64,000 bases of DNA, from positions 2,560,001 to 2,624,000 of the forward strand of contig CAXXDV010000003.1 in assembly GCA_963674745.2 (NCBI GenBank), read 5' to 3'. The position numbers were made by a program, and so were the translations under genes. Of the stretch, positions 47,492-59,266 are shown in pieces. The notes beneath the pieces are model-generated. The model did no database searches, was not told where the DNA came from, and saw nothing but the letters and a program-made list of their open reading frames with translations. The DNA comes from Desulfosudaceae bacterium. Its GTDB lineage: Bacteria; Desulfobacterota; Desulfobacteria; Desulfobacterales; Desulfosudaceae. Each line of letters opens with the position of its first letter. The stretch's first letter is position 1.

Positions 47492-48511
47492 ATGACCGCA
47501 TACTTTCTCAGGCGCCTGCTGCTTATTCTTCCGACGTTTATCGGTGTGACCATTATGGTCTTCTGTATTACCCGTTTTGTTCCCGGCGGTCCGGTGGAAC
47601 GAATGATTGCCGAATCCTACCGCATGCAAAGCATGTCCGGTACACCCGGTCAACAAAATGGCAACCAACCCCTGTCCGAAGAACAGATCAATTACCTGAA
47701 ACAATATTACGGCTTTGATAAACCTGTTCTGGTGGCCTATTTTCTCTGGCTGGGGAAAGTGCTCACCGGTGATCTGGGCACGTCCACCCGGTATTATGAC
47801 CCGGTATGGGACATGATCAGCGAACGGATTCCCATCTCCCTTTATTTCGGCATCCTGTCACTGATACTGATTTACGGTGTCTGTATCCCGCTGGGCATGG
47901 CCAAGGCCATCCGCCACAAAACCGGCTTTGACAACATTTCGTCTATTGCCGTGTTTACCGGTTATGCCATTCCCGGGTGGGTGCTGGGGATTTTGCTGCT
48001 GCTGCTGTTCGCCTCCCGCTGGGGCATTCTCCCCCTGGGCGGCCTGACGGACTATGGCTTCAAAGACCTGTCCCTGGCGGGTAAACTTATCGATATCATA
48101 CGGCACACGATCCTGCCCCTGATCGCTTATGTCATCGGCTCGTTTGCCGTGATGACCTTTCTGATGAAAAACACGCTCATGGACAACCTCTCGGCCGACT
48201 ACGTTCGTACCGCCATTGCCAAGGGGCTTTCATTCAAACAGGCGGTTTTCAGTCATGCGTTGAGAAACAGCCTCATCCCTATTGCCACCAGCTTCGGGAA
48301 CAACATCTCGATTATCCTGACCGGATCGTTCCTCATCGAAAGTGTTTTCAACATCAACGGCATGGGGCTGTTGGGTTATGAATCCGTGCTGGAACGCGAT
48401 TACCCGGTCGTCATGGGCATCCTGGTTATTTCTTCGTTGTTGTTTATGATCGGTAATATCCTGTCTGATATCTGTGTCGCTGTTGTCGATCCAAGGGTAC
48501 GCTTTCAATGA
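47492..48511 (+). CDS. Peptide ABC transporter permease (YejB/OppB-like)
   Basis: FVPGGPVE, YGFDKP, DYVRTAIAKGL, HALRNSLIP, RDYPVV. Confidence 0.92.
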   Translation: MTAYFLRRLLLILPTFIGVTIMVFCITRFVPGGPVERMIAESYRMQSMSGTPGQQNGNQPLSEEQINYLKQYYGFDKPVLVAYFLWLGKVLTGDLGTSTRYYDPVWDMISERIPISLYFGILSLILIYGVCIPLGMAKAIRHKTGFDNISSIAVFTGYAIPGWVLGILLLLLFASRWGILPLGGLTDYGFKDLSLAGKLIDIIRHTILPLIAYVIGSFAVMTFLMKNTLMDNLSADYVRTAIAKGLSFKQAVFSHALRNSLIPIATSFGNNISIILTGSFLIESVFNINGMGLLGYESVLERDYPVVMGILVISSLLFMIGNILSDICVAVVDPRVRFQ

Positions 48512-49554
48512 TTAGCATCAGCCCCCTGACCCAAAAAAAAGTCAAACGATTCAAGTCCATCCGACGCGGTTACGGATCGCTTATCCTGTTTTGCGCCCTG
48601 GTTGCCCTGTCCCTGGCGGCCGAACTGTTGATCAGCAACCGGGCCATTATCGTCCATTACCAGGGAGACTTTTATTTTCCCACCTACGGCAACATCATCC
48701 CCGGCACAACTTTCGATCTGGACTATGCGTATGAAACCAACTACCGGGAACTGGCCCGGCGCCTTGAAACGGAAGCGTCCGGCAACTGGGTGCTGATGCC
48801 GCCCGTTCCCTACAACCCTTATGAGAATGACTTCATGGAGGGGAAATACCCGCCGTCTCCGCCTTCGTTTTCCCGAAAGCATTACCTGGGCACCGACACC
48901 TCGGGACGGGACGTGCTGGCCAGGCTAGTCTACGGTTTCAGGATCGCCGTATTTTTTTCATTTGCACTGCTGATCGTGACCTATACCATCGGCGTGGCCC
49001 TGGGAAGCGCCATGGGTTACTGGGGCGGGAAATTCGACCTGTTTGTCCAGCGGCTTATCGAGATATGGAGTAATATGCCCCTTTTGTATGTGATTATCAT
49101 TATTTCGTCGGTGGTGGTGCCCAGTTTTTTCATTCTGCTGATCATCATGGTGGTCTTCGGGTGGGCTTCCCGGACCTGGATCATGCGTACCGTAACCTAC
49201 AAGGAAAAGGAGCGGGAATATGTGCTGGCCGCCCGTTCCCTGGGCGCGTCCGATACAAGGATCATCTTTTTTCATATTATTCCCAATACCATCTCGATTA
49301 TCGTGACCTTTGCGCCTTTTTCCGTGGCCGAAGGGGTCATCGCCCTGACATCCCTTGATTATCTCGGATTCGGCCTGCCCTCGCCCACCCCCAGCTGGGG
49401 AGAGCTGCTGCATCAGGGCTGGTCCAACCTGAGTGCCTGGTGGATCGTCTGTTCGGTCGTGGTGGCCATGATTGTCACCCTTACCCTGGTTACGTTTATC
49501 GGTGAAGCGGTGCGGGAAGCCTTTGATCCGAGGATGCATACGGTTTATGAATAA
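48508..49554 (+). CDS. Peptide ABC transporter permease (YejE/OppC-like)
   Basis: HYLGTDTSGRDVLARL.YGFR, EYVLAARSLGA, PTPSWGELL. Confidence 0.92.
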   Translation: MISISPLTQKKVKRFKSIRRGYGSLILFCALVALSLAAELLISNRAIIVHYQGDFYFPTYGNIIPGTTFDLDYAYETNYRELARRLETEASGNWVLMPPVPYNPYENDFMEGKYPPSPPSFSRKHYLGTDTSGRDVLARLVYGFRIAVFFSFALLIVTYTIGVALGSAMGYWGGKFDLFVQRLIEIWSNMPLLYVIIIISSVVVPSFFILLIIMVVFGWASRTWIMRTVTYKEKEREYVLAARSLGASDTRIIFFHIIPNTISIIVTFAPFSVAEGVIALTSLDYLGFGLPSPTPSWGELLHQGWSNLSAWWIVCSVVVAMIVTLTLVTFIGEAVREAFDPRMHTVYE

Positions 49555-49577
49555 AAAATGAAAGGGGCAACGGACAT

Positions 49578-51467
49578 ATGCAAAAAACAAAAAGACTTTT
49601 AATCATCCTTCTGGCTTTCTTGATGACCCTGACGGTGGCCTGTTCATCGGACAAGGATAAAAACAAGACTGAAAAGGCCGAACCATTGCTGGTCGTCAAC
49701 CCGCCTTTTAAGGCGCCGGTTTCCGAAACCGGACCGCCGGAAAATATCAAGTGGATAACCAATGAAAGCGATCCGGTTTACGCTTCACCGGAGGCGGTAA
49801 CGGGCGGGACCCTGCGCCTGGCCATCACCGATTTTCCCTTGACGTTCAGGGTTGTCGGTCCGGATTCCAACAGCAGTTTCCGGAGTGCCATTCTTGACAA
49901 CCAGCTGTCGCTGGTTTCCGTTCACCCCAATACGGAAAATATCGTACCGGAAATCGCCACCCACTGGGCCTTTGGCGACGACAAGAAGACCATGTATTTC
50001 AAGCTTAACCCGAATGCCCGGTGGTCGGACGGCGTGCCGGTGACCGCCCATGATTTTGCCTATACCCTTGAGTTCATGCGTTCAAAACATATCGTCGCAC
50101 CCTGGTATAACGATTACTATACCAAAGAAATTGACCGGGTCATCGTGTATGACGATCACACCCTGGCGGTTATGGCCACCAAGGCCCAGCCGGATCTTCA
50201 TTTACGGGTGGCGCTGGCCCCGACACCCGCCCATTTTTATGGAACGCTGAACGACCGTTTTGTCCAGGACTACAACTGGAAAGTCACACCCAATACCGGC
50301 CCCTATCAGATATCCGATTTTCAGAAAGGCAAATATATCGAGTTTACCCGGAAAAATGACTGGTGGGGCAAGGATCTGCATTATTTTAAAAACCGGTTTA
50401 ACGTCGACCATGTCGTCTATACCGTCATCCGGGACTACAGCATGTTATGGGAGTATTTTAAAAAGGCCCGGGTCGATGTATTCGGCATCACCATCCCCGA
50501 TTACTGGTATAACAAGACCGACACACCGATTGTGAACAACGGCTACGTCCATAAAATCTGGTTTTTCAACGACACCCAGCGCTCCGCGTCCGGCATATGG
50601 CTGAACCAGGACAATTCCCTTTTTGCCGACAAAAACGTCCGTTACGCTTTCGCCCACGCCATGAATATCGAAAAAGTTATCAAAACGGTTTTAAGAGGCG
50701 ACTATTTCCGACTGGAACAGGGTTTTGTGGGTTACGGGGCCTACACCAACAATGACATCAAGGCCAGACGATACGACCTTGAAAAAGTCGAGCAGTACAT
50801 GAAACAGGCCGGCTGGGAACGGGGCGCCGACGGTATCTGGGAAAAAGGGGAGACCCGTTTTTCGGTAAACGTCACCTACACGCATGAAGAGCACACTTCC
50901 AGGCTGGTGGTGTTGAAAGAGGAGGCCAAAAAAGCCGGTATAGAGCTGAACCTGCGGCGACTGGATCCGGCCGCGGCCTTCAAACAGATCCTGGAGAAAA
51001 AACATGATGCGGCCTGGATGGGGTGGAGCACATCCCTGCGTCCGCAGTACTGGGAGCATTTCCATTCCGTGAACGCTCACAAGCCGCAGACCAACAATAT
51101 CACCAACACCGATGACCCGGAAATGGACCGTTTGATTGATGCCTATCGCAACAGTCTTGACGAAAAAGAACGGGAGGCCCTGTCAAGACAGATCCAGGCC
51201 AAGGTGCACGATATCGGCTGTTTCGTACCGACCTTCATGGTGCCTTACGTACGGCAGGCCTGCTGGCGCTGGTGGCGCCTGCCTGAACCGCCGGGCACCA
51301 GGCATAGCGAAGACCTGTTTAACCCTTTCAGCAGCATCACCGGCGGGCTGTTCTGGTTTGACCAGGCGCTTTACGATCAGACCCAGGCAGCCATGGAAAA
51401 CGGCACCACCTTTCCGCCCGTGACCGAAATTGATAAAACCTATTTAACCGGCCGGGATAATCCATGA
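49578..51467 (+). CDS. Peptide ABC transporter substrate-binding lipoprotein (family 5, YejA-like)
   Basis: Lipobox TVAC, ARWSDG.PVTA.D, TGPY, NRFN.D. Confidence 0.9.
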   Translation: MQKTKRLLIILLAFLMTLTVACSSDKDKNKTEKAEPLLVVNPPFKAPVSETGPPENIKWITNESDPVYASPEAVTGGTLRLAITDFPLTFRVVGPDSNSSFRSAILDNQLSLVSVHPNTENIVPEIATHWAFGDDKKTMYFKLNPNARWSDGVPVTAHDFAYTLEFMRSKHIVAPWYNDYYTKEIDRVIVYDDHTLAVMATKAQPDLHLRVALAPTPAHFYGTLNDRFVQDYNWKVTPNTGPYQISDFQKGKYIEFTRKNDWWGKDLHYFKNRFNVDHVVYTVIRDYSMLWEYFKKARVDVFGITIPDYWYNKTDTPIVNNGYVHKIWFFNDTQRSASGIWLNQDNSLFADKNVRYAFAHAMNIEKVIKTVLRGDYFRLEQGFVGYGAYTNNDIKARRYDLEKVEQYMKQAGWERGADGIWEKGETRFSVNVTYTHEEHTSRLVVLKEEAKKAGIELNLRRLDPAAAFKQILEKKHDAAWMGWSTSLRPQYWEHFHSVNAHKPQTNNITNTDDPEMDRLIDAYRNSLDEKEREALSRQIQAKVHDIGCFVPTFMVPYVRQACWRWWRLPEPPGTRHSEDLFNPFSSITGGLFWFDQALYDQTQAAMENGTTFPPVTEIDKTYLTGRDNP

Positions 51468-52468
51468 CCGAAAAAAACCTTCTGACGGTTGAAGACCTGA
51501 CCACTTCGTTCACCACCGAGGCCGGTCGCCTGCCGGCCGTGGAGAATGTCTCTTTTGGCATTAAACGGGGTGAAGCACTGGGACTGGTGGGCGAGTCCGG
51601 TTGCGGCAAGAGCGTAACCGCCCTGTCGATCATGCGGCTTCTCCCCAGGCCTGCGGGGCGCATCGACCATGGCCGGGTTCTGCTTGAAGAAACGGATCTG
51701 ATCAGCCTTACCGCCGAACGGATGCGGTCCATCCGGGGCAGCCGGGTGGCCATGATATTCCAGGAGCCCATGACCGCCTTAAACCCGGTTCACGCCGTCG
51801 GGAAACAGCTGCGGGAAGCCCTCCGGCTCCATGAACACATTACCAACCGGCAACAGGGCGATACCAAAAGCGTTGAACTGCTCAAACAGGTGGGTATTCC
51901 GGACCCCGCCAGGCGGTTAAAAGAGTATCCTCACCAGATTTCCGGGGGTATGCGTCAGCGAGTGATGATCGCCATGGCTCTGGCCTGTGATCCCGACCTG
52001 CTCATCGCCGACGAGCCCACGACCGCCCTGGACGTCACCATCCAGGCCCAGATCCTGGACCTGATCAAACATTTGCAGGAGAAAAGGGGGCTATCGATCC
52101 TCCTGATCACTCACGATCTGGGGGTTGTGGCTGAAACCTGCGACCGGGTATGCGTCATGTATGCCGGCCGGATCGTAGAAACCGCAGACGTCAAAACCCT
52201 TTTCTCCGGACCGGCCCATCCTTATACCCGGGGGTTGCTGTCTTCCATCCCCCGCCTGGACAACAAAAGAAAAACCCGGCTGGCCGTCATCCCCGGCATG
52301 GTCCCTTCCCTTTCCGAACTGCCGCCGGGATGCCGGTTTCAGAACCGGTGCCGACTGGCACAGGACATCTGCCGCACCAGCGAACCACCGTTATTAACCA
52401 TCAGTGAAGGCCACGCGGCCGCCTGTCATTTTGCCGAACCAGAGAAAGGCCAGCATGCAACCGGTTAA
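51464..52468 (+). CDS. Peptide ABC transporter ATP-binding protein (OppD-like)
   Basis: [31 protein letters not shown]. Confidence 0.93.
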   Translation: MTEKNLLTVEDLTTSFTTEAGRLPAVENVSFGIKRGEALGLVGESGCGKSVTALSIMRLLPRPAGRIDHGRVLLEETDLISLTAERMRSIRGSRVAMIFQEPMTALNPVHAVGKQLREALRLHEHITNRQQGDTKSVELLKQVGIPDPARRLKEYPHQISGGMRQRVMIAMALACDPDLLIADEPTTALDVTIQAQILDLIKHLQEKRGLSILLITHDLGVVAETCDRVCVMYAGRIVETADVKTLFSGPAHPYTRGLLSSIPRLDNKRKTRLAVIPGMVPSLSELPPGCRFQNRCRLAQDICRTSEPPLLTISEGHAAACHFAEPEKGQHATG

Positions 52469-53462
52469 GCCCCTGATTGAAGTCACCAACCTGAAAAAAC
52501 ATTTTCCGATTCACGGCGGCGTGTTTCTGCGTCGGAAAGGGGCCGTTTACGCGGTTGACGGAATTTCCTTTTCCATCGCCCCCGGTGAAAACCTGGGGCT
52601 GGTCGGTGAGTCCGGATGCGGTAAAACTACCGTGGGGCGCTGTCTGCTGAGACTTTATCGACCGACGGAGGGCCGCATTCTGTTTGACGGACAGGATATG
52701 GCAGGGCTTGACAGACCGGCCTTACGCCGACTGCGAAAACATATTCAGGCCATCTTCCAGGATCCGTTTGAATCGTTAAACCCGCGCCACACCGTGGGCC
52801 ATATCCTGGAAGAACCGTTTATCATCCATGGCCTGGGTGACCGCCGGCAACGCCGGGAACAGGTTACGCAGCTGCTGGACCGGGTCGGCCTGGCCCGGAA
52901 CGCCGCCGATCGGTTTCCCCATGAATTCAGCGGCGGCCAGCGTCAGCGGATCGGCATTGCCCGGGCCATTGCCTTGAACCCGCGTATGATCGTCTGCGAC
53001 GAACCGGTCTCAGCCCTGGATGTCTCCATCCAGTCCCAAATCCTGAACCTGCTCCTGGATTTGCAGCAGGAATACGGCTTTACCAGCCTGTTCATCGCCC
53101 ACGACCTGGCCGTTGTCAAGCACATATCAGACCATGTTGCCGTCATGTATCTGGGAAAAATCGTGGAATTTACCGACGCCGACACCATCTACCAGACCCC
53201 CCGGCATCCCTACACACAGGCCCTGATTTCAGCCATCCCCATCCCGGATCCGACCCGGAAAGCAGAAAAGCAGGTTCTGACCGGCGATGTCCCCTCACCA
53301 TCAGCCCCACCGGCCGGCTGTCGCTTTCACACCCGCTGCCCCTATGCGGTCGACCGCTGCCTTGAAAAAGAACCGGGGCTACGGGCCATCAACCCGACCA
53401 CCGAACCGGAACATCTGGTTGCCTGCCACCGGGTTGATGAACTGAGCCGGGACTTAAATTAA
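52455..53462 (+). CDS. Peptide ABC transporter ATP-binding protein (OppF-like)
   Basis: [35 protein letters not shown]. Confidence 0.93.
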   Translation: MQPVKPLIEVTNLKKHFPIHGGVFLRRKGAVYAVDGISFSIAPGENLGLVGESGCGKTTVGRCLLRLYRPTEGRILFDGQDMAGLDRPALRRLRKHIQAIFQDPFESLNPRHTVGHILEEPFIIHGLGDRRQRREQVTQLLDRVGLARNAADRFPHEFSGGQRQRIGIARAIALNPRMIVCDEPVSALDVSIQSQILNLLLDLQQEYGFTSLFIAHDLAVVKHISDHVAVMYLGKIVEFTDADTIYQTPRHPYTQALISAIPIPDPTRKAEKQVLTGDVPSPSAPPAGCRFHTRCPYAVDRCLEKEPGLRAINPTTEPEHLVACHRVDELSRDLN

Positions 53463-53491
53463 AATATATGACACCTATTATTATTCTGAAT

Positions 53492-54850
53492 CTATCTCAG
53501 GACGTCCGGAACATTGAGCATATTGCAGTAGATCGCTTCAGCTGCAATTGTATGGCCTATTTCATTTAAATGCGTATCATCATAATACCAAACAGACTTT
53601 TGTGATTCAATAAACACATCGCGGGAACCTTTTACTAAAAAGGGTTTCAAATCAATATAGTCGATCTTGTTATCCAGGCAATAATTGGTCAGTACTTCTG
53701 AAAAGCCTGACAGCGTTTCAACTATTGTCCCTGGTTCCACCCCCTCGGCAACCCATTGATAAACCTCTAACTTTGTCGGGAACAATACAATTTTCAACTC
53801 TAGCCCACGTTGCAGGCAGAACCCTTGCAACGCGCTCAGTGTTGACAGAAATTTTTTGAGCTTTGGATGAGAAAGGACCTCCTGCTTTGACCGGTTCGCC
53901 TGGTGTTTGTACAAATTATAAAATACCATTTTATGTGAATCAGAAAAATCACTTATGGTAAAAGCCGATTGATCAGGGGTCGCCGGGTTCCTTGCATGAT
54001 CCAGCTGCTGCTTTATCGGCGACCTGTTCTTAAAAGTCCGTAATGATGTTTTAAAGGCGGCTACCTGGCCAGCCGGAGGAAGTTCCGACAGATCGTTTGC
54101 TCTGTTCTTTGTTTCATCAAGATCATTTCCAGTAAAAAGTGTTAACAGGATGATCGTATCGGCTTTCAGGTTGAGTCGGTCATATTCAAGCTGCAAATTC
54201 ATAGAATGCTCCCAGAGCCCGCCCGGCAAAGAAAGGTTGTAAACCCCCAGGGCATATTGACTGGAAAGAAGGCTTGCCCAGGTAGCTGCCTGCGTGGTTC
54301 CATTTCCCACACCGAATGAATCACCCAGGACGATCACATTGATATCATGGGGAACGGCATCAGGGTCGTTCCTGAAGCCGAATTCGTCTGTTAAAAAGAT
54401 TACCTGCCGTTTTTCCTGAAGCGACTGAACACCGGACATGGCAGCCAGGTCTCCACAGACTTCTCCGGTATAAACGGCATTCGCCTTATAGCGACTCAGA
54501 TAAGGTCTTGATGGACAACGATTAATAAACCTGTCATGAGGACGGTAGTAAAGTGATCTGGGGGGATAAACTCTTAAAAAGATATCGACTAGTATGAACA
54601 GGGAAAAGGTTATCGTCACAACGAGCAAAATATTCACCGGCCATTCCAGTTTGGGATAAACCAGTAAACCCACGAACAACACGAACAGAATGACTGTAAA
54701 CGGTTCAAACAATCGAACCGGGAGGATGCCGAACAGCCAAAGTCCGATATTGGCCATTAGTGCCAGTATGAAAAGCAGAATCTTAATAGAAAGACGAATG
54801 TTCCGTGATTGTTTATCACTTTTATTACTTTTGTCTGCTTGTCCCGACAT
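53492..54850 (-). CDS. Membrane-anchored SGNH/AlgX-like protein
   Basis: Three N-terminal TMs, GFR, LGDSFG.G, GND, DTHLN..GH; AT-rich. Confidence 0.8.
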   Translation of the reverse strand: MSGQADKSNKSDKQSRNIRLSIKILLFILALMANIGLWLFGILPVRLFEPFTVILFVLFVGLLVYPKLEWPVNILLVVTITFSLFILVDIFLRVYPPRSLYYRPHDRFINRCPSRPYLSRYKANAVYTGEVCGDLAAMSGVQSLQEKRQVIFLTDEFGFRNDPDAVPHDINVIVLGDSFGVGNGTTQAATWASLLSSQYALGVYNLSLPGGLWEHSMNLQLEYDRLNLKADTIILLTLFTGNDLDETKNRANDLSELPPAGQVAAFKTSLRTFKNRSPIKQQLDHARNPATPDQSAFTISDFSDSHKMVFYNLYKHQANRSKQEVLSHPKLKKFLSTLSALQGFCLQRGLELKIVLFPTKLEVYQWVAEGVEPGTIVETLSGFSEVLTNYCLDNKIDYIDLKPFLVKGSRDVFIESQKSVWYYDDTHLNEIGHTIAAEAIYCNMLNVPDVLR

Positions 54851-54938
54851 TCAGTCTTCTTCTTTTCTTTTTGGGGATGAAAATGTAAATGAAAGACCGG
54901 ACGGGAGCAAGAAAAATAATAAGCGGTGCTGATGGACC

Positions 54939-56129
54939 TTATCGGCCGGCACCGGCCAGGGCCTGGTCCAGGTCGGCAATAATGTCTTCCACGTTTTCAA
55001 TGCCAACCGCGAAACGGATCAGCCCGTCCTTGATGCCAAGGGCTTCCCGTTCGGCCTTGGTCTTGTCATAATAACTGATGGTGGCCGGATGGGTGATCAG
55101 CGACTCAACGCCGCCCAGGCTGGGCCCGATACAGGCAATCTGAAGCCGGCTTAAAAAGTCCAGGACATAGTTCTTGTCATCTTTCACCTCAAAGGTTACC
55201 ACCGCGCCATAGCCTTTCATCTGGCGTCTGGCGACATCATGGTGTTGATGACTGGGCAGACCGGGATAATAGACACGCTCGACCTGGGGATGACGTTCAA
55301 GGTATTCGGCCACTTTCTGGCCGTTATGGTTGAGACGTTCCATGCGGACTTCGAACGTTTTCAACCCACGGATCAGCAGGTAGGCTGAATTGGGATCGAT
55401 CACGCCGCCGGTTATTTTCAGGTAGTCCCGAATCGGCTCGGTCAGTTCCGTGTTACCCAGTACCACCCCGCTTAGCAGGTCGTTATGTCCCCCCAGGTAC
55501 TTGGTGGCACTGTGAATGACGATGTCCACGCCGAACTCCAGCGGCCGCTGATTATAAGGGGTGGCAAAGGTGCTGTCTGAAATAACCAGTATGTTCCGCT
55601 TTTTGAAAATTCCCATCAGCCGTTCCAGGTCCATGATATTCAGGTAGGGATTGGTCGGGGACTCGGAAAAGAAGATACGGGTGTTGGGTTTAATGGCCTG
55701 TTCCATGGCCTCGTAATCACACATCTTGACAATGGTGCAATCGATATCAAAGCGATTCAGGCAGGTTTTGGCGAATTCCAAAGTTCGGCGATAGGCGTCA
55801 TCGGTAATAATGATATGGTCACCGGACCGGAGCAGGGCGAAAAGCGTGGTCGTAATCGCGCTCATTCCGGACGAGAAAAGGATGGCGTTCTCGGCCTCTT
55901 CGATGGCCGCCAGTTTTTTTTCTGCTGCCACTTCTGTGGGATGACCGTACCGGCCGTATTCAAACCGGCCCATGGCACCGTCGGCGAGTTTTTTTATTTC
56001 TTCAATCCCTTTGAATATAAAAGTAGATGTCTGGACAATCGGCGTTGTTACGGCACCGTATTCATTGTAGCGGACTTCGCCGGCTCGAACCGACCGTGTT
56101 GACAACCCCTGTTTTTTACTGTTCTCCAT
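54939..56129 (-). CDS. Cystathionine gamma-synthase family PLP enzyme
   Basis: EYGRYGHPT, FSSGMSA, ESPTNP, HSATKYLGGH (PLP lysine), SLGGVESL. Confidence 0.88.
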   Translation of the reverse strand: MENSKKQGLSTRSVRAGEVRYNEYGAVTTPIVQTSTFIFKGIEEIKKLADGAMGRFEYGRYGHPTEVAAEKKLAAIEEAENAILFSSGMSAITTTLFALLRSGDHIIITDDAYRRTLEFAKTCLNRFDIDCTIVKMCDYEAMEQAIKPNTRIFFSESPTNPYLNIMDLERLMGIFKKRNILVISDSTFATPYNQRPLEFGVDIVIHSATKYLGGHNDLLSGVVLGNTELTEPIRDYLKITGGVIDPNSAYLLIRGLKTFEVRMERLNHNGQKVAEYLERHPQVERVYYPGLPSHQHHDVARRQMKGYGAVVTFEVKDDKNYVLDFLSRLQIACIGPSLGGVESLITHPATISYYDKTKAEREALGIKDGLIRFAVGIENVEDIIADLDQALAGAGR

Positions 56130-56243
56130 CAGAAGCCCCCTTTTCCGAACCGCCAGACCTTTTTTCCGGCATTTCCTGCTGAATGGTAAAGATATCAATC
56201 TCTGTGTGACAAGAGATATATATATAACCGATAAAGATCCACC

Positions 56244-59168
56244 TCAAGGATTATTTCCATTCGCGGCCCGGGGTTTAACAATAATGGTCGCGCTTTGGGA
56301 CACATCAAGGTATTTTTGCGCCAGCTGTATCATCTCATCGGTCGTTATTGCTTGATAATCGCTCAAAAAATTCCGGCACCAATCCAGGCGTTCCGGATGT
56401 GCCCGGCAACCGGACAACACGCTTCCCAACCAGTAATTGTTGGTCTTCACAAGCTCCTGAATGCCGGTCAGAACCGGTTCCCGGGCCCTGGCCATCTCGT
56501 CTTTGGTAAGGCCGTTTTGCCTGACATCCTCGGCGATGGACCGGATGGCGGCAATCACCGACCGGTCTTCCCCCGGTTTAATTTGAGCCGCGGCATGGAA
56601 AACGCCGTAGCCGGGATAAGCCAGGGAGGCATCATGATAGGCATACTGGCTGTAAGACTGCCCTGCGTCCTCGCGGATGATCACCCGCATGCGATCTGAA
56701 AAAATACGGGACAGCATCATCAGCCGACGCGTGCGTCGGATGTCCCAGAAATCGTCCGTCGGCCAGGCCACTTCAACATAGGCCTTGGCAATTTCGGTGG
56801 GAACGGTCAGCTCTTTTGTTTCACCGGCCGGAACAAACGGCGCCGGCCGTGAAGTCTCTGACCGGCCCTGATTGACCGCCATATCCATGCCACCAAAATA
56901 AAGCGCCGCGGCATCCTTCACCTGCCGCGGATCAAAGTCACCCACAATTGATATTTCCGGTTTTGACTGCCGTAACGCGGTTTTTATCCAGTCGCGGATC
57001 TCATCCAGCGAAACTTTTTCAAAAGCGCCGTAATCGGCCGGCCATCCAAAACGGGAATCTCCACCGGCCAGGAACCGGTCGCCCTCAAGCAACATCGCAC
57101 CGGAAATGGTATGGGTCTTTTCTTCATAGTCTTGCCGAAAACGCTCAAGACTCAGACGATAGGCGTCTTCCCGGCATGTCCAGTCATTATAGAAAGTGTA
57201 AAAAAGCTGAAACAGCAGGCGGACTTCATCAGAAGCGCAGCTGCCGGTCAACAGGAACCGGTCCTGATCAACGGAAAATGAGACACCGGCTTTCTTTCCG
57301 GCCAGGGCCAGGCGAAGGTCTTCTTTTTTCATCTGCCCGAAACCGCTTTCATTCAACGTTTGCGCGCCCAGTTCACACAGGGCCGGCTGATCCGCCGGCT
57401 CGGTTGACTCGCCGTATCCGAACCGCAGTTCGGCCACAACCTGGTTGGCTTTAAAATCGGTTTTCTTGAAATTCAAACGGACGTCGTTTTCAAAATCGAT
57501 CCGGGTAACACCGATATCCGGGTCTTCAATTTCCCGGACCACACGTCCTTTTTTCTGCGGGTCCGGAAGATATGGGAACTGTCGTGTCTCTTTTTCATCC
57601 GGTTTCCGGACGATTGCTTTGCGGCTTTTCTGCCATACAGAACGAATGGTGTCTTCAGGTTGGCCGGGCCCTTCAATCCGGACATTGCCGGTAACCAGAA
57701 CCAATCGGGCCTCAGGCGCCCAGGTTTTCTCAAATACCTTCAGCAGCAATTCCGGGGTCAAGGATCGGGCCACCGGTGCCAGCAGCGCCCGTTCCTGTTG
57801 CGGGGACTGAAAAACCTGATCCAGGGCCAGGTTCATCATTATCCGCGAGGCCAGTTTGCTGCTCTGCCGCGTATCGGCCTGCAGAACGGCCCGGTCCATT
57901 TCCGCCAGCACCTCCCGTTTGGCCCGTTCGACTTCCGACCGGGTAAACCCGTATGTCCGCACGGACCTTAACACTTTTTCCACCGCCGCCAGGGCCTGTT
58001 CCCATTTTTCCGGGACGGTGTTGGCATAAATAGACGCATAAGAATAATATTTCAGGGCGCCGCCGGCCGAGGCAGAAGCGGAAGTAAATGGCGGGTCCGG
58101 TTTTTCTTTTAACTCATCTAAGCGATAATTCACGATCCGGTAAGCCATGTTCCGTAAAAAGCGCTCTTTTTTAGCTTCCGCGGAATCCGGGGGCTGAGGC
58201 GCCTGTATCAGGGTTTCCAGGGTCACTTCCGTGCTGCCGGCCTCTGCTTCATGATGATAAAGAAAAGATACACCGTCATGGTCGGTATGACCGACGTCCG
58301 GAACCGGACGGGACCCACCTCTGGGACGCATGTCCGCAAACGCCCCGGCGATTTCTTCAACAGCCGTTTCCGGATCAAATTCCCCGACCACGACCAGGGT
58401 CATCCGTTCCGGACGGTACCAGGTATCATAATAGGATTTAAGACGGTCGGATCCGGCAACATCGAGGACCGCTTCGATCCCGATGGGATATCGCCGGATC
58501 AGCCTGGAACCTTCCAGCTCGAAATCCAGCGTAGCTTTAAACGTCCGGTACGACACGGAATCCCGGGTCCGTTTTTCGGCCAGGATGATGCCGCGCTCCT
58601 TGTCCACCTCGGATTCCAGAAGCAGTGCGCCCTCGGCATAATCCGTCATCACCAGCAGCCCCTGCCGCAGATGGTCCACATCTCCGGAAGGCAGATGCAG
58701 GTCATACACGGTCCTGTAAAAACCGGTATGGGCGTTGACATCGTTGCCGAAACCCATGCCGATGGACTGGAAATATTTAACCAGCTCTCCGGGAGGGTAA
58801 TGGGTCGTGCCGTTAAAGAGCATGTGCTCCAGGTAATGCGCCAACCCCTGCTGCTCATCGGTCTCATGAAAGGAACCGGCTTCAACCACCAGGTGCATGT
58901 CAACCCGGTCCTCAGGCCGGTTGTTTTTCATCAGCACATATTTGAAACCGTTTTCCAGCTCCCCGGTCTTTAGTGCCGGATCCGGCAGAAGATCACCGGT
59001 TTCCGGAACAAAAGCCTCAACACGGTCTTGCCGGGAAGAATTGAACAGACACCCGGACATGACCGCAAAAACGGCCATAAAAGCACACATTACCAGGACC
59101 GGGGAAAACCGGCCGGTGATAAATCGTTCTTTTTCAAACACTTGCCTCATATTAAATTTCCTTAACAT
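56244..59168 (-). CDS. M16 family zinc protease (PqqL-like lipoprotein)
   Basis: GLAHYLEHMLFNG inverzincin motif, NAHT, WYRP, lipobox MSGC; start uncertain. Confidence 0.92.
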   Translation of the reverse strand: MLRKFNMRQVFEKERFITGRFSPVLVMCAFMAVFAVMSGCLFNSSRQDRVEAFVPETGDLLPDPALKTGELENGFKYVLMKNNRPEDRVDMHLVVEAGSFHETDEQQGLAHYLEHMLFNGTTHYPPGELVKYFQSIGMGFGNDVNAHTGFYRTVYDLHLPSGDVDHLRQGLLVMTDYAEGALLLESEVDKERGIILAEKRTRDSVSYRTFKATLDFELEGSRLIRRYPIGIEAVLDVAGSDRLKSYYDTWYRPERMTLVVVGEFDPETAVEEIAGAFADMRPRGGSRPVPDVGHTDHDGVSFLYHHEAEAGSTEVTLETLIQAPQPPDSAEAKKERFLRNMAYRIVNYRLDELKEKPDPPFTSASASAGGALKYYSYASIYANTVPEKWEQALAAVEKVLRSVRTYGFTRSEVERAKREVLAEMDRAVLQADTRQSSKLASRIMMNLALDQVFQSPQQERALLAPVARSLTPELLLKVFEKTWAPEARLVLVTGNVRIEGPGQPEDTIRSVWQKSRKAIVRKPDEKETRQFPYLPDPQKKGRVVREIEDPDIGVTRIDFENDVRLNFKKTDFKANQVVAELRFGYGESTEPADQPALCELGAQTLNESGFGQMKKEDLRLALAGKKAGVSFSVDQDRFLLTGSCASDEVRLLFQLFYTFYNDWTCREDAYRLSLERFRQDYEEKTHTISGAMLLEGDRFLAGGDSRFGWPADYGAFEKVSLDEIRDWIKTALRQSKPEISIVGDFDPRQVKDAAALYFGGMDMAVNQGRSETSRPAPFVPAGETKELTVPTEIAKAYVEVAWPTDDFWDIRRTRRLMMLSRIFSDRMRVIIREDAGQSYSQYAYHDASLAYPGYGVFHAAAQIKPGEDRSVIAAIRSIAEDVRQNGLTKDEMARAREPVLTGIQELVKTNNYWLGSVLSGCRAHPERLDWCRNFLSDYQAITTDEMIQLAQKYLDVSQSATIIVKPRAANGNNP

Positions 59169-59222
59169 CTCACCGACTCACCCGTTTAACCCCGGCCCTT
59201 TATCCACATAACCATGACAAAA

Positions 59223-59246
59223 GGGCACGGCACGCCGTGCCCCTAC
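59223..59246 (-). repeat. GTAG-type REP palindrome
   Basis: Minus strand GTAGGGGCACGGCGTGCCGTGCCC, nearly identical to 30796-30820. Confidence 0.8.
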
Positions 59247-59266
59247 AACATTTTCGATCGACCGGA

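Noticed and set aside
53492..54850. AT-rich SGNH gene as another repeat-flanked cassette
   Set aside because: No octamer arrays, REPs or direct repeats at its flanks.
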